Shown piece by piece: positions 28,537-42,960 of a stretch of 64,000 bases of DNA. The stretch spans positions 204,972,001 through 205,036,000 of the forward strand of contig OZ024742.1 in the NCBI GenBank assembly GCA_964016885.1, in the 5' to 3' direction. Within the stretch, counting starts at the first letter, position 1. Every line of letters starts with the position of its first letter. The notes beneath the pieces were generated by a model that had not been told where the DNA came from, did not search any database, and worked only from the letters and a program-made list of their open reading frames with translations. The stretch comes from Eledone cirrhosa. Lineage: Eukaryota. Both the position numbers and the translations under genes were made by a program.

Positions 28537-31500
28537 TGGGACAGTTCAGAGACAGTCTAGCTGGGACATTAGATAGACTTCTGACTGGCCCAGTAGATAG
28601 ACTGACTGAGACAGTGTATAGACTGTCTGACTGGTACACTTGATAGACTCTGAATGGGACAGTAGATAGACTGACTGGGCCAGTCGATAGACTGTCTGAC
28701 TGAGACAGTTCATAGACAGTCTGACTGGGACAGTTGATAGACTGTCTGACTGGGACAGTAGATAGACTGTTTGCCTGGGACAGTTCATAGACAGTGTAAC
28801 TGGGAGATTAGCTAGACTGTCTGACTGGGACAGTTCATAGACAGTCTAACTGGGACAGTAGATAGACTGTCTGACTGGGACAATAGATAGACTGTCTGAC
28901 TGGGACAGCGGCTAGACTGTCTAAATGGGAGAGTTCATAGAAAGTTTAACTGGGACTGTTCATAGACAATCTAACTGGGACATTAGATAGACTCTCTGAC
29001 TGGGACAGTAGATAGACTGTTTGACTGTGACAGTTGATTGACAGCCTGACTGGAACAGTTGATAGACTGTCTGACTGGGACAGTAGATAGACTGTCTGCT
29101 TGGGACAGTTCATAGACAGTCTAACTGGGATATTACATAAACTCTCTGACTGGGGCAGTAGATAGACTGTCTCACTGAGACAATCAATAGACTGTGTGAC
29201 TGGGACAGTTGATAGACAGTTTAACTGCGACAGTGGATAGACTGTCTGTCTGGGACAGTAGATAGACTGTCTGACTGGGACAGTAGATAGACTGTCTAAC
29301 TGGAACAGTAGATAGACTGTCTGCCTGGGACAGTTCATAGACAGTCTACCTGGGACATTAGATAGACTTCTGACTGGGCCAGTAGATAGACTATCTGACT
29401 GAGACAGTGTATAGACTGTCTGCCTGAGATAGTAGATAGGCTGTCTGTCTGGGACAGTAGATAGACTGTCTGACTGGGACAGTTGATAGACAGTCTGACT
29501 GGGACAGTTGATAGACTGTCTGACTGGGTCAGTGGATAGACTGTCTAACTGGGACAGTTCATAGAAAGTTTAACTGGGACAGTTCATAGACAGTCTAACT
29601 GGTACATTAGATAGACTCTCTGACTGGACAGTAGATAGACTGTCTGCCTGGGACAGTTCATAGACAATCTACCTGGCACATTAGATAGACTTCTGACTGT
29701 GTCAGTAGATAGACTATCTGACTGGGACACTTGATAGACTGTCTGACTGGGACAGTAGATAGACTGTCTGACTGGGACAGTTGATAGACAGTCTGACTCG
29801 GACAGTTTATAGACTGTCTGACTGCGACAGCGAATAGACTGTCTAACTGGGACAGTTCATAGAAAGTTTAACTGGGACAGTTCTTAGACAGTCTAACTGG
29901 GACATTAGATAGACTCTCTGACTGGGACAGTAGATAGACTGTCTGACTGTGACAGTTGATAGTCAGCCTGGCTGGAACAGTTGACAGACTGTCTGACTGG
30001 GACAGTAGATAGACTGTCTGACTGGGACAGTAGATAGACTGTGTGACTCTGACAGTAGATAGACTGTGACTGTGACAGTACATAGAATGTCTGCCTGGGA
30101 CAGTTCATGGACAGTCTAACTGGGACATTAGATAGACAGTCTTACTGGGACAGTAGATAGACTGTCTTACTGGGACAGTAGATAGACTGTGACAGTTGAT
30201 AGCCTGTCTGCCTGGGACAGTGCATAGACAGTCTAACTGGGACATTAGATAGACTGTCTGACTGGGACAGTAGATAGACAGTATGACTGGGACAGTTGAT
30301 AGACTGTCTGACTGGGACAGTTCATAGACAGTCTAACTGGGACATTAGATAGACTGTCTGACTGGGACAGTTCATAGACAGTCTAACTGGGACATTAGAT
30401 AGACTGTCTGACTGGGACAGCGGCTAGACTGTCTAACTGGTACAGTTCAATAGAAAGTTTAACTGGGACAGTTCCTAGACAGTCTAACTGGGACATTAGA
30501 TAGACTCTCTGACTGGGACAGTAGATAGACTGTTTGACTGTGACAGTTGATTGACAGCCTGACTGGAACAGTTGATAGACTGTCTGACTGAGACAGTAGA
30601 TAGACTGTCTGCTTGGGACAGTTCATAGACAGTCTAACTGGGATATTACATAAACTCTCTGACTGGGGCAGTAGATAGACTGTCTGACTGAGACAATCAA
30701 TAGACTGTGTGACTGGGACAGTTGATAGACAGTTTAACTGCGACAGTAGATAGACTGTCTGTCTGGGACAGTAGATAGACTGTCTGCCTGGGACAGTTCA
30801 TAGACAATCTACCTGGGACATTAGATAGACTTCTGACTGTGCCAGTAGATAGACTATCTGACTGAGACAGTTTATAGACTGTCTGACTGGGACAGTAGAT
30901 AGACTGTCTGACTGGGACACTTGATAGACTGTCTGACTGGGACAGTAGATAGACTGTCTGACTGGGACAGTTGATAGACAGTCTGACTCTGACAGTTGAT
31001 AGACTGTCTGACTGGGACAGCAGATAGACTGTCTAACTGGGACAGTTCATAGAAAGTTTAACTGGGACAGTTTTTAGACAGTCTAACTGGGACATTAGAT
31101 AGACTCTGACTGGGACAGTAGATAGACTGTCTGACTGTGACAGTTGATAGTCAGCCTGGCTGGAACAGTTGATAGACTGTCTGACTGGGACAGTAGATAG
31201 ACTGTCTGACTGGGACAGTAGATAGACTGTGTGACTCTGACAGTAGATAGACTGTGTGACTGTGACAGTATATAGAATGTCTGCCTGGGACAGTTCATAG
31301 ACAGTCTAACTGGGACATTAGATAGACAGTCTGACTGGGACAGTAGATAGACTGTGAAACTGTGACAGTTGATAGCCTGTCTGCCTGGGACAGTGCATAG
31401 ACAGTCTAACTGCGACAGTGCATAGACAGTCTAACTGCGACATTAGATAGACTGTCTGACTGGGACAGTAGATAGACAGTATGACTGGGACAGTTGATAG

Positions 31501-34500
31501 ACTGTCTGACTGGGACAGCGGTTAGACTGTCTAACTGGGACAGTTCATAGAAAGTTTAACTGGGACAGTTCATAGACAGTTTAACTGGGACATTAGATAG
31601 ACTCTCTGACTGGGACAGTAGATAGACTGTTTGACTGTGACAGTTGATAGAGAGCCTGACTGAAACAGTTGATAGACTGTCTGACTGGGACAGTTCAGAG
31701 ACAGTCTAGCTGGGACATTAGATAGACTTCTGACTGGCCCAGTAGATAGACTGACTGAGACAGTTTATAGACTGTCTGACTGGGACACTTGATAGACTGT
31801 CTGACTGGGACAGTAGATAGACTGTCTAACTGGAACAGTAGATCGACTGTCTGTTTGGGACAGTTCATAGACAGTGTAACTGGGACAGTTCATAGACAGT
31901 GTAACTGGGACATTAGTTAGACTGTCTGACTGGGACATTAGATAGACTGACTGGGCCAGTCGATAGACTGTCTGACTGAGACAGTCTGACTGGGACAGTT
32001 GATAGACTGTCTGACTGGGACAGTAGATAGACTGTTTGCCTGGGACAGTTCATAGACAGTGTAACTGGGACAATTCATAGACAGTCTAACTGGGACAGTA
32101 GATAGACTGTCTGACTGGGACAATAGATAGACTGTCTGACTGGGACAGCGGCTAGACTGTCTAACTGGGAGAGTTCATAGAAAGTTTAACTGGGACTGTT
32201 CATAGACAGTCTAACTGGGACATTAGATAGACTCTCTGACTGGGACAGTAGATAGACTGTTTGACTGTGACAGTTGATTGACAGCCTGACTGGAACAGTT
32301 GATAGACTGTCTGACTGGGACAGTAGATTGACTGTCTGCTTGGGACAGTTCATAGACTGTCTAATTGGGATATTACATAAACTCTCTGACTGGGGCAGTA
32401 GATAGACTTTCTAACTGAGACAATCAATAGACTGTGTGACTGGGACAGTTGATAGACAGTTTAACTGCGACAGTAGATAGACTGTCTGTCTGGGACAGTA
32501 GATAGACTGTCTAACTGGAACAGTAGATAGACTGTCTGCCTGGGACAGTTCATAGACAGTCTACCTGGGACATTAGATAGACTTCTGACTGGGCCAGTAG
32601 ATAGACTATCTGACTGAGACAGTGTATAGACTGTCTGACTGGGACAGTAGATAGACTGTCTGACTGGGACACTTGATAGACTGTCTGACTGTGACAGTAG
32701 ATAGACTGTCTGACTGGGACAGTTGATAGACAGTCTGACTGGGACAGTTGATAGACTGTCTGACTGGGACAGCGGATAGACTGTCTAACTGGGACAGTTC
32801 ATAGAAAGTTTAACTGGGACAGTTCATAGACCGTCTAACTGGGACATTAGATAGACTCTCTGACTGGACAGTAGATAGACTGTCTGCCTGGGACAGTTCA
32901 TAGACAATCTACCTAGCACATTAGATAGACTTCTGACTGTGCCAGTAGATAGACTATCTGACTGAGACAGTTTATAGACTATCTGACTGGGACAGTAGAT
33001 AGACTGTCTGTCTGGGACACTTGATAGACTGTCTGACTGGGACACTTGATAGACTGTCTGATTGGGACAGTAGATAGACTGTCTGACTGGGACAGTTGAT
33101 AGACAGTCTGACTCAGACAGTTAATAGACTGTCTGACTGGGACAGCGAATAGACTGTCTAACTGGGACAGTTCATAGAAAGTTTAACTGGGACAGTTCTT
33201 AGACAGTCTAACTGGGACATTAGATAGACTCTCTGACTGGGACAGTAGATAGACTGTCTGACTGTGACAGTTGATAGTCAGCCTGGCTGGAACAGTTGAT
33301 AGACTGTCTGACTGGGACAGTAGATAGACTGTCTGACTGGGACAGTAGATAGACTGTGTGACTGTGACAGTAGATAGACTGTGTGACTGTGACAGTATAT
33401 AGAATGTCTGCCTGGGACAGTTCATAAACAGTCTAACTGGGACATTAGATAGACAGTCTGACTGGGACAGTAGATAGACTGTCTTACTGGGACAGTAGAT
33501 AGACTGTGAAACTGACAGTTGATAGCCTGTCTCCCTGGGACAGTGCATAGACAGTCTAACTGCGACATTAGATAGACTGTCTGACTGGGACAGTAGATAG
33601 ACAGTATGACTGGGACAGTAGATAGACATTCTGGCTGAGACACTAGGTACACAATTATGAAAGGTAAATAATTTTATGTAAGACTTATATCCTTTTGTTT
33701 GTGTGTCTGCTTCTCCATGTTTTCTGTAAGACTTATATCCTTTTGTTTGTGTGTCTGCTTCTCCATGTTTTCTATCTGTTTATCCAGTAGATAGACTGTC
33801 TGACTGTGACAGTTGAAAGACAGTCTGACTGGGACAGTATATAGACTGTCTGACTGTGACAGTAGATAGACAGTGTGACTTGAACAGTAGATAGACAGTC
33901 TAACTGGGACAGTAGATAGACTGTCTAACTGGAACAGTAGATAGACTGTGACAGTAGATAGACTCTGCCTGGGACAGTTCATAGACAGTCTGTCTGTCTG
34001 GGACAGTAGATAGACCGTCTGACTGGGACAGTAGATAGACTGTGTGACTGGGACAGCGGATAGACTGTCTAACTGGGACATTAGATACACTGTCTGACTG
34101 GGACAGTAGATAGACTGTCTGACTGGGACAGTTCAGAGACAGTCTAGCTGGGACATTAGATAGACTTCTGACTGGCCCAGTAGATAGACTGACTGAGACA
34201 GTGTATAGACTGTCTGACTGGTACACTTGATAGACTCTGAATGGGACAGTAGATAGACTGACTGGGCCAGTCGATAGACTGTCTGACTGAGACAGTTCAT
34301 AGACAGTCTGACTGGGACAGTTGATAGACTGTCTGACTGGGACAGTAGATAGGCTGTTTGCCTGGGACAGTTCATAGACAGTGTAACTGGGAGATTAGCT
34401 AGACTGTCTGACTGGGACAGTTCATAGACAGTCTAACTGGGACAGTAGATAGACTGTCTGACTGGGACAATAGATAGACTGTCTGACTGGGACAGCGGCT

Positions 34501-37500
34501 AGACTGTCTAAATGGGAGAGTTCATAGAAAGTTTAACTGGGACTGTTCATAGACAATCTAACTGGGACATTAGATAGACTCTCTGACTGGGACAGTAGAT
34601 AGACTGTTTGACTGTGACAGTTGATTGACAGCCTGACTGGAACAGTTGATAGACTGTCTGACTGGGACAGTAGATAGACTGTCTGCTTGGGACAGTTCAT
34701 AGACAGTCTAACTGGGATATTACATAAACTCTCTGACTGGGGCAGTAGATAGACTGTCTCACTGAGACAATCAATAGACTGTGTGACTGGGACAGTTGAT
34801 AGACAGTTTAACTGCGACAGTGGATAGACTGTCTGTCTGGGACAGTAGATAGACTGTCTGACTGGGACAGTAGATAGACTGTCTAACTGGAACAGTAGAT
34901 AGACTGTCTGCCTGGGACAGTTCATAGACAGTCTACCTGGGACATTAGATAGACTTCTGACTGGGCCAGTAGATAGACTATCTGACTGAGACAGTGTATA
35001 GACTGTCTGCCTGAGATAGTAGATAGGCTGTCTGTCTGGGACAGTAGATAGACTGTCTGACTGGGACAGTTGATAGACAGTCTGACTGGGACAGTTGATA
35101 GACTGTCTGACTGGGTCAGTGGATAGACTGTCTAACTGGGACAGTTCATAGAAAGTTTAACTGGGACAGTTCATAGACAGTCTAACTGGTACATTAGATA
35201 GACTCTCTGACTGGACAGTAGATAGACTGTCTGCCTGGGACAGTTCATAGACAATCTACCTGGCACATTAGATAGACTTCTGACTGTGTCAGTAGATAGA
35301 CTATCTGACTGGGACACTTGATAGACTGTCTGACTGGGACAGTAGATAGACTGTCTGACTGGGACAGTTGATAGACAGTCTGACTCGGACAGTTTATAGA
35401 CTGTCTGACTGCGACAGCGAATAGACTGTCTAACTGGGACAGTTCATAGAAAGTTTAACTGGGACAGTTCTTAGACAGTCTAACTGGGACATTAGATAGA
35501 CTCTCTGACTGGGACAGTAGATAGACTGTCTGACTGTGACAGTTGATAGTCAGCCTGGCTGGAACAGTTGACAGACTGTCTGACTGGGACAGTAGATAGA
35601 CTGTCTGACTGGGACAGTAGATAGACTGTGTGACTCTGACAGTAGATAGACTGTGACTGTGACAGTACATAGAATGTCTGCCTGGGACAGTTCATGGACA
35701 GTCTAACTGGGACATTAGATAGACAGTCTTACTGGGACAGTAGATAGACTGTCTTACTGGGACAGTAGATAGACTGTGACAGTTGATAGCCTGTCTGCCT
35801 GGGACAGTGCATAGACAGTCTAACTGGGACATTAGATAGACTGTCTGACTGGGACAGTAGATAGACAGTATGACTGGGACAGTTGATAGACTGTCTGACT
35901 GGGACAGTTCATAGACAGTCTAACTGGGACATTAGATAGACTGTCTGACTGGGACAGTTCATAGACAGTCTAACTGGGACATTAGATAGACTGTCTGACT
36001 GGGACAGCGGCTAGACTGTCTAACTGGTACAGTTCAATAGAAAGTTTAACTGGGACAGTTCCTAGACAGTCTAACTGGGACATTAGATAGACTCTCTGAC
36101 TGGGACAGTAGATAGACTGTTTGACTGTGACAGTTGATTGACAGCCTGACTGGAACAGTTGATAGACTGTCTGACTGAGACAGTAGATAGACTGTCTGCT
36201 TGGGACAGTTCATAGACAGTCTAACTGGGATATTACATAAACTCTCTGACTGGGGCAGTAGATAGACTGTCTGACTGAGACAATCAATAGACTGTGTGAC
36301 TGGGACAGTTGATAGACAGTTTAACTGCGACAGTAGATAGACTGTCTGTCTGGGACAGTAGATAGACTGTCTGCCTGGGACAGTTCATAGACAATCTACC
36401 TGGGACATTAGATAGACTTCTGACTGTGCCAGTAGATAGACTATCTGACTGAGACAGTTTATAGACTGTCTGACTGGGACAGTAGATAGACTGTCTGACT
36501 GGGACACTTGATAGACTGTCTGACTGGGACAGTAGATAGACTGTCTGACTGGGACAGTTGATAGACAGTCTGACTCTGACAGTTGATAGACTGTCTGACT
36601 GGGACAGCAGATAGACTGTCTAACTGGGACAGTTCATAGAAAGTTTAACTGGGACAGTTTTTAGACAGTCTAACTGGGACATTAGATAGACTCTGACTGG
36701 GACAGTAGATAGACTGTCTGACTGTGACAGTTGATAGTCAGCCTGGCTGGAACAGTTGATAGACTGTCTGACTGGGACAGTAGATAGACTGTCTGACTGG
36801 GACAGTAGATAGACTGTGTGACTCTGACAGTAGATAGACTGTGTGACTGTGACAGTATATAGAATGTCTGCCTGGGACAGTTCATAGACAGTCTAACTGG
36901 GACATTAGATAGACAGTCTGACTGGGACAGTAGATAGACTGTGAAACTGTGACAGTTGATAGCCTGTCTGCCTGGGACAGTGCATAGACAGTCTAACTGC
37001 GACAGTGCATAGACAGTCTAACTGCGACATTAGATAGACTGTCTGACTGGGACAGTAGATAGACAGTATGACTGGGACAGTTGATAGACTGTCTGACTGG
37101 GACAGCGGTTAGACTGTCTAACTGGGACAGTTCATAGAAAGTTTAACTGGGACAGTTCATAGACAGTTTAACTGGGACATTAGATAGACTCTCTGACTGG
37201 GACAGTAGATAGACTGTTTGACTGTGACAGTTGATAGAGAGCCTGACTGAAACAGTTGATAGACTGTCTGACTGGGACAGTTCAGAGACAGTCTAGCTGG
37301 GACATTAGATAGACTTCTGACTGGCCCAGTAGATAGACTGACTGAGACAGTTTATAGACTGTCTGACTGGGACACTTGATAGACTGTCTGACTGGGACAG
37401 TAGATAGACTGTCTAACTGGAACAGTAGATCGACTGTCTGTTTGGGACAGTTCATAGACAGTGTAACTGGGACAGTTCATAGACAGTGTAACTGGGACAT

Positions 37501-39719
37501 TAGTTAGACTGTCTGACTGGGACATTAGATAGACTGACTGGGCCAGTCGATAGACTGTCTGACTGAGACAGTCTGACTGGGACAGTTGATAGACTGTCTG
37601 ACTGGGACAGTAGATAGACTGTTTGCCTGGGACAGTTCATAGACAGTGTAACTGGGACAATTCATAGACAGTCTAACTGGGACAGTAGATAGACTGTCTG
37701 ACTGGGACAATAGATAGACTGTCTGACTGGGACAGCGGCTAGACTGTCTAACTGGGAGAGTTCATAGAAAGTTTAACTGGGACTGTTCATAGACAGTCTA
37801 ACTGGGACATTAGATAGACTCTCTGACTGGGACAGTAGATAGACTGTTTGACTGTGACAGTTGATTGACAGCCTGACTGGAACAGTTGATAGACTGTCTG
37901 ACTGGGACAGTAGATTGACTGTCTGCTTGGGACAGTTCATAGACTGTCTAATTGGGATATTACATAAACTCTCTGACTGGGGCAGTAGATAGACTTTCTA
38001 ACTGAGACAATCAATAGACTGTGTGACTGGGACAGTTGATAGACAGTTTAACTGCGACAGTAGATAGACTGTCTGTCTGGGACAGTAGATAGACTGTCTA
38101 ACTGGAACAGTAGATAGACTGTCTGCCTGGGACAGTTCATAGACAGTCTACCTGGGACATTAGATAGACTTCTGACTGGGCCAGTAGATAGACTATCTGA
38201 CTGAGACAGTGTATAGACTGTCTGACTGGGACAGTAGATAGACTGTCTGACTGGGACACTTGATAGACTGTCTGACTGTGACAGTAGATAGACTGTCTGA
38301 CTGGGACAGTTGATAGACAGTCTGACTGGGACAGTTGATAGACTGTCTGACTGGGACAGCGGATAGACTGTCTAACTGGGACAGTTCATAGAAAGTTTAA
38401 CTGGGACAGTTCATAGACCGTCTAACTGGGACATTAGATAGACTCTCTGACTGGACAGTAGATAGACTGTCTGCCTGGGACAGTTCATAGACAATCTACC
38501 TAGCACATTAGATAGACTTCTGACTGTGCCAGTAGATAGACTATCTGACTGAGACAGTTTATAGACTATCTGACTGGGACAGTAGATAGACTGTCTGTCT
38601 GGGACACTTGATAGACTGTCTGACTGGGACACTTGATAGACTGTCTGATTGGGACAGTAGATAGACTGTCTGACTGGGACAGTTGATAGACAGTCTGACT
38701 CAGACAGTTAATAGACTGTCTGACTGGGACAGCGAATAGACTGTCTAACTGGGACAGTTCATAGAAAGTTTAACTGGGACAGTTCTTAGACAGTCTAACT
38801 GGGACATTAGATAGACTCTCTGACTGGGACAGTAGATAGACTGTCTGACTGTGACAGTTGATAGTCAGCCTGGCTGGAACAGTTGATAGACTGTCTGACT
38901 GGGACAGTAGATAGACTGTCTGACTGGGACAGTAGATAGACTGTGTGACTGTGACAGTAGATAGACTGTGTGACTGTGACAGTATATAGAATGTCTGCCT
39001 GGGACAGTTCATAAACAGTCTAACTGGGACATTAGATAGACAGTCTGACTGGGACAGTAGATAGACTGTCTTACTGGGACAGTAGATAGACTGTGAAACT
39101 GACAGTTGATAGCCTGTCTCCCTGGGACAGTGCATAGACAGTCTAACTGCGACATTAGATAGACTGTCTGACTGGGACAGTAGATAGACAGTATGACTGG
39201 GACAGTAGATAGACATTCTGGCTGAGACACTAGGTACACAATTATGAAAGGTAAATAATTTTATGTAAGACTTATATCCTTTTGTTTGTGTGTCTGCTTC
39301 TCCATGTTTTCTGTAAGACTTATATCCTTTTGTTTGTGTGTCTGCTTCTCCATGTTTTCTATCTGTTTATCCAGTAGATAGACTGTCTGACTGTGACAGT
39401 TGAAAGACAGTCTGACTGGGACAGTATATAGACTGTCTGACTGTGACAGTAGATAGACAGTGTGACTTGAACAGTAGATAGACAGTCTAACTGGGACAGT
39501 AGATAGACTGTCTAACTGGAACAGTAGATAGACTGTGACAGTAGATAGACTCTGCCTGGGACAGTTCATAGACAGTCTGTCTGTCTGGGACAGTAGATAG
39601 ACCGTCTGACTGGGACAGTAGATAGACTGTGTGACTGGGACAGCGGATAGACTGTCTAACTGGGACATTAGATACACTGTCTGACTGGGACAGTAGATAG
39701 ACTGTCTGACTGGGACAGT
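28537..39719. repeat. Near-identical 5,587-bp tandem duplication within the satellite (copy 1 ~28537-34123, copy 2 ~34124-39719)
   Basis: Matching ORF-track peptides recur at a constant offset of 5587 (28946/34533, 29868/35455, 31095/36682, 31938/37525, 32824/38411, 33183/38770, 33674/39261). The interrupting modules at 33664 and 39251 share the same offset. Confidence 0.93.
33631..33787 (+). repeat. Type A module with an internal 48-bp tandem duplication (GT 33664 to AG 33787); second copy GT 39251 to AG 39374
   Basis: TGTAAGACTTATATCC...CCATGTTTTC is present twice, visible as the repeated peptide ENMEKQTHKQKDISLT in the ORF track. Confidence 0.95.
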
Positions 39720-42700
39720 AGATAGACAGTCTGGCTGAGACACTAGGTAGACAATTATGAAAGGTAAATAATTTTATGTAAGACTTACAGCCTTTTGTTT
39801 GTGTGTCTGCTTCTTCATGTTTTCTATCTATATTTGTCTGTTTATCCAGTAGATAGACTGTCTGACTGTGACAGTTGATTGACAGTCTGACTGGGACAGT
39901 ATATAGACAGTGTGACTGGAATAGTAGATAGACTGTCTGACTGGGACAGTTGATTGACAGCCTGACTGGAAAAATTGATAGACTGTCTGACTGGGACAGT
40001 AGATAGACTATCTGACTGGGACAGTCATGGACTATCTGCCTGGGACAGTCGATAGACTGTCTGGCTGAGACAGTTGATAGAGAGTTTAACTGGGACAGTA
40101 GATAGACTACCTAACTGGGACAGTAGATAGACTCTCTTACTGGAACAGTAGATAGACTGTCTGCCTGGGACAGTTCATAGACAGTCTACCTGGGACATTA
40201 GATAGACTTCTGACTGGGCCAGTAGATAGACTATCTGACTGAGACAGTTTATAGACTGTCTGCCTGGGACACTTGATAGTCTGTCTGACTTGGACAGTAG
40301 ATAGACTGTCTGACTGGGACAGTTGATAGACAGTCTGACTGGGACAGCGGATAGACTGTCTAAATGGGACAGTTCATAGAAAGTTTAACTGGGACAGTTC
40401 ATAGACAGACTAACTGGGACATTAGATAGACTCTCTTACTGGGACAGTAGATAGACTGTTTGACTGTGACAGTTGATAGACAGTCTGACTGGGACAGTTG
40501 AGAGACTGTCTGACTGTGACAGTAGATAGACTGTGTGACTGTGACAGTATATAGAGTGTCTGCCTGTGACAGTTCATAGACAGTCGAACTGGGACATTAG
40601 ATAGACTGTCTTACTGGCACTGTAGATAGACTGTGAGACTGTGAGATTAGATAGACTGTCTTCCTGGGACAGTTCATAGACAGTCTAACTGGGACATTAG
40701 ATAGACTGTCTGACTGGGACAGTAGATAGACAGTCTGGCTGAGACACTAGGTAGACAATTATGAAAGGTAAATAATTTTATGTAAGAATTACTTCCTTTT
40801 GTTTGTGTCTGCTTCTCCATGTTTTCTATCTATATTTGTCTGTTTATCCAGTAGATAGACAGTCTGACTGTGACAGTTGATAGACAGTCTGACTGGGACA
40901 GTATATAGACTGTCTGACTGGGACAGTAGATAGACAGTGTGAATGGAACAGTAGATAGACAGTCTAGCTGGGACAGTAGATAGACCGTCTAACTGGAACA
41001 GTAGATAGACTGTCTGTCTAGGACAGTTCATAGACAGTGTAACTGGGACATTAGTTAGACTGTCTGACTGGGACAGTAGATAGACTGTCTGACTGGGACA
41101 GTAGATAGACAGTCTGTCTGGGACAGTAGATAGACAGTCTGACTGGGACAGTTGATAGACAGTCTGACTGGAACAGTTGATAGACTGTCTGACTGGGACA
41201 GTAGATAGACTGTGTGACTGTGACAGTATATAGAATGTCTGCCTGGGACAGTTCATAGACAGTCTAACTGGGACATTAGATAGACTGTCTGTCTGGGACA
41301 GTAGATAGACAATCTGACTGGGACAGTAGATAGACTGTCTTACTGGGACACTAGGTGGACAATTATGAAAGGTAAATAATTTTATGTAAGACTTAGATCC
41401 TTTTGTTTCTGTGTCTGCTTCATGTTTTCTATCTATATTTGTCTGTTTATTCAGTAGATAGACTGTCTAACTGGAACAGTAGATAGACTGTGTGACTTGA
41501 CAGTAGATAGACTCTCTGCTTGGGACAGTTCATAGACAGTCTACCTGGGACATTAGATAGACTGTCTGACTGAGACAGTAGATAGACTGCCTGACTGGGA
41601 CAGTAGTTAGACTGTCTGACTGGGACAGTAGTTAGACAGTCTGTCTGGGACCGTAGATAGACTGTCTGACTGGGACAGTAGATAGACTCTCTGACTGGGA
41701 CAGTAGATAGATTGTCTGACTGGGACAGTTCATTGACAGTATAACTGGGACATTAGATAGACTGTCTGACTGGGACAGTAGATAGACTGTCTGACTGGGA
41801 CAGTAGATAGACGGTCTAACAGGGACAGTAGATAGACTGTGTGACTGGGACAGTTGATAGACTGTCTGACTGGGACAGCAGATAGACTGTCAAACTGGGA
41901 CATTAGATACACCGTCTGACTGGGACAGTAGATAGACTCTCTGACTGTGATAGTTGATAGACAGTCTGACTGGAACAGTAGATAGACTATCTGACTGGGA
42001 CAGTCGATAGACTGTCTGACTGGAACAGTTGATACACAGTTTAACTGGGACAGTAGATAGACTGTCTGACTGGGACAGTAGCTAGACAGTCTAACTGGGA
42101 CAGTAGATAGACAGTCTAAATGGGACAGTAGATAGATGTCCAACTGGAACAGTAGATAGACTATCTGACTGGGACAGTCGATAGACTGTTTGACTGGAAC
42201 AGTTGATAGACAGTCTAACTGGGACATTAGATAGACTGTTTGACTGGGACAGTAGATAGACTGTCTGACTGGGACAGTAGGTAGATAGTCTCACTGTGAC
42301 AGTAGATAGACAGTCTGACTGGGACAGTTGATAGACATTTTAACTGGGACAGTAGATAGACTGTCTGACTGGGACGGTAGATAGACTGTCTGCCTGGGTT
42401 AGTAGAGAGACAGTCTGACTGGGACAGTAGATAGACTGTCTGACTGGGACAGTAGATAGACTGTGTGACTGGGACAGTAGATAGACAGTGTGACTGGAAC
42501 AGTAGATAGACTGTCTGACTGGGACATTAAATAGACTGTCTAACTGGGACAGTAGATAGTCTGTCTAACTGGAACAGTAGATAGACTGTGACTGTGACAG
42601 TAGATAGACTCTCTGCCTGGGACAGTTCATAGACTGTCTACCTGGGACATTAGATAGACTGTCTGGCTGAGACAGTAGATAGACTGTCTGACTGGGACAG

Positions 42701-42960
42701 TAGATAGACTGCCTGACTGGGACAGTAGATAGACAGTCTGACTGGGACAGTAGATAGACAGTCTGACTGGGACAGTAGATAGACTGTCTGACTGGGACAG
42801 TAGATAGACTGTCTGACTAGGACAGCAGATAGACTGTGTGACTGACAGTAGATAGAATGTCTGCCTTCGACAGTTCATAGACAGTCTAACTAGGACATTA
42901 GATAGACAGTCTGACTGGGACAGTTGATAGACTGTCTGACTGTGACAGTAGATAGACAGT

